A DNA stretch of 64,000 nt from a virus (lineage: Duplodnaviria; Caudoviricetes), in the IMG/VR virus record IMGVR_UViG_3300021400_001091, positions 1 to 64,000 of that record. One strand, 5' to 3'. The stretch's first letter is position 1, and each line of letters begins with the position of its first letter. This document shows, one piece after another, positions 58,586 through 64,000 of this stretch. A program made the position numbers and the translations under genes. The notes beneath the pieces are model-generated. The model saw only the letters and a list, made by a program, of their open reading frames with translations. It ran no database searches and was not told the origin of the DNA.

Positions 58586-59104
58586 ATGGCGGAATGTAGA
58601 ATTTGTCATGTACCGATTGATAAAGAGAATGATGATTGGGTTATGCCAAGTACAAATTGGTATTATCATCGTCAGTGTTATGAAGATTGGAAAAAATCAG
58701 AGCCTCTCAAAGATGAAGAGTGGCGTCCTTTTATTTACGATTTTTTAAGTAGAGATTTAAAGGTATCTTATAACTGGCATATGTGTCAAGCGCAAATTAA
58801 GAAGTTTACGAAGGAAAGTATGACAATTAAGGGTATTTATTTTGCGTTGAAATATTTTTATCAAGTACAACATCATGATTGGGATAAAGGTAATGGCGGA
58901 ATTGGTATAGTTCCTTATATTTATACAGAGTCTTGTGAATATTGGGCGAGACAAGAAAGGTTGAATAAGGGAATTGTCGCAGAGATTGAACGTCAACTGC
59001 GTGAAGCCACAGAAAGAGATCGTAAAGTCGTTACGAAGAAAAAATCTCCGAAAAAAATTACAGTTAACTTAAGTATTATTGCAGAAATGGAGGATGAAGA
59101 GTGA
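58586..59104 (+). CDS. Hypothetical protein upstream of the helicase
   Basis: CxxC...HxxC N-terminus; coupled to the helicase. Confidence 0.7.
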   Translation: MAECRICHVPIDKENDDWVMPSTNWYYHRQCYEDWKKSEPLKDEEWRPFIYDFLSRDLKVSYNWHMCQAQIKKFTKESMTIKGIYFALKYFYQVQHHDWDKGNGGIGIVPYIYTESCEYWARQERLNKGIVAEIERQLREATERDRKVVTKKKSPKKITVNLSIIAEMEDEE

Positions 59105-60675
59105 TCGACAAAAGAGATATACAACAAGTTCTCGGATGTTTGATGAAGCATCCTCAGTTTTTAAGTGAGATAGATAAATATTCGTTTACGATAACTGATT
59201 TCCCGACTAGGTTTGAGAAATATATCTTTCAAGCGATTAATGGTTTGTATCAAGGCGGCGCCGTAAACATACAGCCGATTGATATAGAGAATTTTTTAAG
59301 CGTCGATGAAGTTGGCGCGAGGGTCTTCAAAGAGAACAATGGAATTGAATATCTGCAAGACATAGCAGAGTTATCAGAACCAGGAAACTTCGGATATTAT
59401 TATAATAGGTTTAAGACTTTTAACTTATTAAAGGATTTGAAGAAGAGTGGATTTGATACCTCCAGTTTTTATTGTGAAGATTTAACAAATCCGAAAGCAA
59501 AGGAGATTAATGAAGCATTTAACTTCTTAACTCCAGCAATGGTAACAGAAGAACTTAAAAGGAAACTTTTAGGAATTGAATCGAAATATGAGACAACTGA
59601 TGAGATTGAGGTTGAAACTGCTTTTAAAGGAATGGAGCAATTCATTGAAGATTTAGGAGTAGAACAAGCAATTGGTATTCCGATTCAGGGGCAGATTTAT
59701 AATCAAGTAATTGATGGAGCGAAGAAGGGGACATTAACAATTAGAAGTGCGGCCAGTGGTGTTGGTAAGACAAGAAATGCGGTCGCAGATGCGTGTTATT
59801 TAGCTTATCCGTTTAGATATAATAGTAAAACTTGCAAATGGGAACAAGCAGGAAATAAAGAAAGGGTTCTATTTGTAGTTACAGAGCAGACATTTGATGA
59901 AGTAAGAGCGATGATTTTGGCATATCTTACAGATATTAACTCAACTCGATTTAAGTATGCAGATTTTAGTACGAGAGAAAGCGGAGTTATTCAACAAGCG
60001 TTAGGTTTAATTAAGAAATATGAGGAAAATTTAATTTTGGTGAAAATGCCAAATCCAACAATTGAGTCGGTTAAAGCGATTGTAAGAGAGAATTGTATTG
60101 TACACGATATAGAGTATGTATTTTATGATTATATCTTTATTGGACCATCATTACTTAATGAATTTAGAGGTTTTGCATTGAGAAATGATGAAGTATTGTT
60201 GATGTTTGCAACGGCGCTGAAAGATTTGGCGGTTGAATTGAATGTGGCAATGTTTACATCAACTCAGTTAAATGCAAAAGGTGATGATAATAAGGATATA
60301 AGGAATGAAGGGACATTAGCGGGCGGCCGCAGTACAATTAATAAAGCGGATAATGGTGCGGTTATGGCAAGACCAACTCCAGAGGAATTGGAGGTTTTGA
60401 AGCCGTTATATGAGACAAATCTTGATTATAAGCCGAATTTAGTAACTGATATATTTAAGGTAAGAAGTGGAGAATGGACACAGGTTCGTATCTGGTCGGA
60501 TGTGAATTTAGGAACATTGAGAAAGAGAGATTTGTTTATAACGAACTCTCGATTAGAGCCACTTGAAGGATTTTATGTGAGAAGTGAATATCAGATTAGA
60601 AGTTGGGACGATAGTGAAGACGAGCATTTGAAGATTATTTTAGAAAGGTTAAATGAGGGTGAGATAATTGAGTAA
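59101..60675 (+). CDS. dnaB: Replicative DnaB-like helicase
   Basis: AASGVGKT, TEQ, FYDYI, TSTQLN, KAD, KVRSG. Confidence 0.8.
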   Translation: MIDKRDIQQVLGCLMKHPQFLSEIDKYSFTITDFPTRFEKYIFQAINGLYQGGAVNIQPIDIENFLSVDEVGARVFKENNGIEYLQDIAELSEPGNFGYYYNRFKTFNLLKDLKKSGFDTSSFYCEDLTNPKAKEINEAFNFLTPAMVTEELKRKLLGIESKYETTDEIEVETAFKGMEQFIEDLGVEQAIGIPIQGQIYNQVIDGAKKGTLTIRSAASGVGKTRNAVADACYLAYPFRYNSKTCKWEQAGNKERVLFVVTEQTFDEVRAMILAYLTDINSTRFKYADFSTRESGVIQQALGLIKKYEENLILVKMPNPTIESVKAIVRENCIVHDIEYVFYDYIFIGPSLLNEFRGFALRNDEVLLMFATALKDLAVELNVAMFTSTQLNAKGDDNKDIRNEGTLAGGRSTINKADNGAVMARPTPEELEVLKPLYETNLDYKPNLVTDIFKVRSGEWTQVRIWSDVNLGTLRKRDLFITNSRLEPLEGFYVRSEYQIRSWDDSEDEHLKIILERLNEGEIIE

Positions 60676-61589
60676 GGTAGAATTAATTGATGTAGCTATC
60701 TTAAAGAAAGAACTTGGACTTGCAGATGATTGTGATAATTGTCAAAGACGTAAAAGCAAGTTTACTGGATGTGAAAGTGCGGCTTGGGCGATTGTTTGTG
60801 ACCATATCGATCAATTAGTAGAAGATAATTCTAAAATTGAATATGTGCCAGTACGACATGCTTATTGGATACATGAACATCTACCAAGCACTAATGGTGG
60901 AACATATGCAGTAGTCAGATGTTCAAATTGTAAGAGCCAATTCCCGATGTGGGAAACAAAATATTGTCCAGATTGTGGCGCAAAAATGGATAAGGAGAAT
61001 AGAAAATGAGTAGATGCGAATATTGTCAATATCGAAACTCATGGGAATGTGGTGATGGTTGGAACAGGCGAAGCAATGACACAATTTGCAATGATTTTAG
61101 ACTAGATTATGACGCATTGACAGATGAACAGAAGCAGATTTTTCAAGAGATTCTTATGCGAGAGGATGAAGAAGAATGGGTTTAACAGGAGAACAAATAA
61201 AACATTACTGTAAGAAGTACGAAGTTTTCTGCACAGGAGCAAATGAACGTGGAGAGTGCAGTACAACAGGGTGTTGGAACAGTACTATTCAAATTGTGGA
61301 GCTAAAACGTGCGTGGGAGCAGATGGACAGTAGCAATATTCAAGTTAATTCATATCTAAATCCCCTTGCAAAAGAGGGATGGCGTTGTCCTGCTTGTGGA
61401 AGAATCAATGCACCTTGGATGCCATCATGTACTTGTCGAGGCATAACAATGGGTGAATGGATACCTGTACCGGATGATGAAGACGGATATACATGTAGTA
61501 TTTGTAATGCTTATATGAAAGCTTATAAAGGTATTCTGTCAAATTATTGCCCAAACTGTGGGGTAAAGATGAATAAAAGAAAAGTATGA
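60668..61589 (+). CDS. Small Zn-ribbon proteins (60668-61009, 61176-61589, plus a short ORF between them)
   Basis: CxxC...YCPxCG motifs. Confidence 0.65.
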
Positions 61590-62638
61590 TTAATTATAAA
61601 GAAATAATAGAACAACTCGATACTCAAAAAGTTATTCAATTAATGGAAACCTTGGGAGTAGACGATTATATAGAAAAACCAGAATATGTAATCTTCCCAA
61701 CCATCTGCCATAATGAAGACCCATCTGAAGCATCTATGAAATTATATTACTATGAAAATAGTCATATCTTTCAATGCTATACAGAGTGTGGATCAATGTC
61801 AATTTTTCAGTTCATGAAGAACTACTATGAAACAAGAGGAATTGACTATGACTGGTATCAAGATGTATATAAAGTAATTCTCGATTGTAGTAATTACAAT
61901 GAAAATCTTAGCTTCGCGCCACCTAAGTACAAAAGTATACGTAGTTTGTATACGGCAGCCGTGCCAAAGAAACTCCCAACATACCCTAAAGGAATATTAA
62001 ATTGCTTTACTCACTTCTATCCTCCAGAATGGTTAAGTGATGGGATTTCAAAAGCGGCGATGGATAAGTTCGACATACGCTATTCTGCACCGCTTAATAA
62101 AATAATAATCCCACATTATAACCCCGATGGAGAGCTTATTGGAATAAGAGGAAGAGCGCTCAATGAATGGGAGATTAAAAATATAGGAAAATATATGCCA
62201 GTGCAGATTGAGGGTAAATGGTATAGTCACCCATTATCTCTTAACTTATACGGCTTAAATATAACAAAAGACAATATAAAAGAAAGCGGAGTATGCTATT
62301 TATTTGAGGCCGAAAAGGCAGTAATGCAGTTTGAAAGTTTTGATCGTCCGAATTGCGCGGCCGCCGTGTGCGGAAGTCAATTCAATAAGTTCGCTTTAAA
62401 ACTTCTACTCAAAACTTGTCATCCAAATGAAATAATAATTTGCTTTGATAAAGAAGAACTGCCAGGTCAAGATATTTACTTCAATAAACTCAATTCAATG
62501 TGTAAGAAATATCAGAATTATGCTGATTTCTCTTTTATATACGATAGAGATAACCTTTTGAACTTAAAAGATTCTCCAACAGATCATGGACAAGAGGTGT
62601 TTGAGCAACTACTAAAAAGGAGAGTTAAAGTTAGATGA
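61586..62638 (+). CDS. DNA primase (DnaG-like)
   Basis: Zn-binding CHN...CYTEC, IIIPH..GIRGR, NLYGL, TOPRIM FEAEK and FDKE. Confidence 0.8.
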   Translation: MINYKEIIEQLDTQKVIQLMETLGVDDYIEKPEYVIFPTICHNEDPSEASMKLYYYENSHIFQCYTECGSMSIFQFMKNYYETRGIDYDWYQDVYKVILDCSNYNENLSFAPPKYKSIRSLYTAAVPKKLPTYPKGILNCFTHFYPPEWLSDGISKAAMDKFDIRYSAPLNKIIIPHYNPDGELIGIRGRALNEWEIKNIGKYMPVQIEGKWYSHPLSLNLYGLNITKDNIKESGVCYLFEAEKAVMQFESFDRPNCAAAVCGSQFNKFALKLLLKTCHPNEIIICFDKEELPGQDIYFNKLNSMCKKYQNYADFSFIYDRDNLLNLKDSPTDHGQEVFEQLLKRRVKVR

Positions 62639-64000
62639 AAACAAAATTAGTAAACAAAATAATTAAAGATAACTACGTAATAGAATTACTAAAAGAAAGA
62701 GGATTGACCGATGATGACGTAGAATATTTTTTAACTGTGCCCGATGATAGCGCACTACAAGCGCCCACCTTCCTCGATAATATGGCGGAGGCCGCAGATA
62801 TGTTCACTCATATGGTTCACTTACCAGATGATAAGCGTATCGCTATTGTAGTCGACTCTGATGTAGATGGATTTACTTCTGCTGCGATCTTCTATCAATA
62901 TGCGAAGAAAATCAATCCAAATCTTCGTATCGACTACGTTCTCCATGAAGGAAAGGGTCATGGACTTGCAGATACAATCGACCGCATTATCAACGAAAAC
63001 ACAGAAGGCGACTTGGCTTTCGTAGTTCTTCCAGACTCCAGTTCTAACGATTATGAATACCACGAACGACTCGGCGCTGAAAACATAGAATGTTTGATTC
63101 TCGACCATCACATTGTCGAAGAAGATACAAAGTTTTCTGACTATGCAGTAATCGTCAACAATCAGCTTTCAGAAAACTATACCAATAAGGCACTCTGCGG
63201 CGCTGGAGTTACTTGGCAGTTCTGTAACTACTACGACTCCATCAATGGCACAAACTATGCTGACGAATACATTGACCTGGCTGCCCTTGGTATCGTATCT
63301 GATATGATGTCGATGCTATCTCTCGAAAATCGCTATATCGTTCATACCGGTTTCAGTCAAATCAAGAACTATTTCTTTCACTGTCTAATCGAGAAGCAAT
63401 CCTTCTCAATGGGTGGTAAAGTAACGCCAATGACGGTTGCTTTCTATATCACTCCACTTATCAACGCTCTTATCCGTGTTGGTACAATGGAAGAGAAAGA
63501 GCGGTGTTTCCTGGCTTTCGTTGATGGACATGAACTAGTCGTCTCCCATAAGCGGGGAGCTAATGGTGCGCTGGAAGAGGTTGCGATTGAATCGGCAAGA
63601 GAATGTACCAATGCAAGAGCTAAGCAAAATCGTATCCTCGACAAAGCTGTAGAAGAGCTAGAGTATAAGATTTTCAAATATGACCTGCTGGAAAATAAAA
63701 TCCTGTTTATAAGGCTAGATGAGGAAGACTTCCCATCTGAGCTGAATGGGCTTACGGCGATGAAATTAGCCGCTAAATACCAACGACCAACAATTGTGGC
63801 GCGGCTCAACGATCAAGGCTATGATAGAGGTTCTAGCCGCGGATTGAATGAGTCAGAACTTAAGTCTTTCAAGCAATTCATGAACGATAGTGGTTTCTTT
63901 GAGTACACCGCCGGCCACGATAACGCCTGTGGTATTTCAATTCTTGATAAGAATCTTGATGATTTTCACAAATACGCTAACGAAGCGCTTGCTGATGTAG
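62635..64000 (+). CDS. recJ: RecJ-like DHH ssDNA exonuclease (runs off the window end)
   Basis: Open frame from ATG 62635: VDSDVDGFTS, LDHH, LCGAGV, VSDMM, GSSRG, AGHDNACG. Confidence 0.85.
   Translation, partial: MKTKLVNKIIKDNYVIELLKERGLTDDDVEYFLTVPDDSALQAPTFLDNMAEAADMFTHMVHLPDDKRIAIVVDSDVDGFTSAAIFYQYAKKINPNLRIDYVLHEGKGHGLADTIDRIINENTEGDLAFVVLPDSSSNDYEYHERLGAENIECLILDHHIVEEDTKFSDYAVIVNNQLSENYTNKALCGAGVTWQFCNYYDSINGTNYADEYIDLAALGIVSDMMSMLSLENRYIVHTGFSQIKNYFFHCLIEKQSFSMGGKVTPMTVAFYITPLINALIRVGTMEEKERCFLAFVDGHELVVSHKRGANGALEEVAIESARECTNARAKQNRILDKAVEELEYKIFKYDLLENKILFIRLDEEDFPSELNGLTAMKLAAKYQRPTIVARLNDQGYDRGSSRGLNESELKSFKQFMNDSGFFEYTAGHDNACGISILDKNLDDFHKYANEALADV

Noticed and set aside
51868-64000. 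Introns or inteins in the replication genes
   Set aside because: ORFs are continuous, of normal length, and show no splicing or homing-endonuclease motifs.

Overview
A 64-kb segment of a large tailed dsDNA phage, read in the standard genetic code. The host is probably a Clostridia/Bacillota anaerobe, inferred from sigma-A promoters plus CodY- and clostridial Rex-type boxes. (1) 1-8 kb, + strand: an early region of small single-gene cassettes, each with a consensus TTGACA-N17-TATAAT promoter, RBS and terminator. The spacers are packed with host-regulator-like operators: about 19 CodY-box clusters, 10 perfect Rex boxes and 5 GTTAG-N6-CTAAC palindromes. (2) 7-9 kb: AT-rich, repeat-rich, mostly non-coding strand-switch region. 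(3) 9-24 kb, - strand: small accessory genes, an amidase, 17 tRNAs and several unusual structured RNAs. These include an 81-nt tmRNA tRNA-like domain with no mRNA part, two oversized tRNA-like RNAs, and a twister ribozyme directly upstream of a 623-nt ROOL-like RNA. (4) 24-25.8 kb: ATP-dependent DNA ligase. (5) 25.9-47.6 kb, - strand: lysis and tail/baseplate/fibre module. (6) 47.6-64 kb, + strand: replication module with nucleases, UvrD-like helicase, two-subunit gyrase-like topoisomerase, SSB-like protein, AAA ATPase, DnaB-like helicase, primase and RecJ (truncated by the window edge). The most novel candidates are the operator array (a possible DNA sponge or sensor for CodY and Rex), the mini-tmRNA, and the ribozyme-capped large ncRNA. 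All calls come from reading the sequence by eye; no database searches were run.
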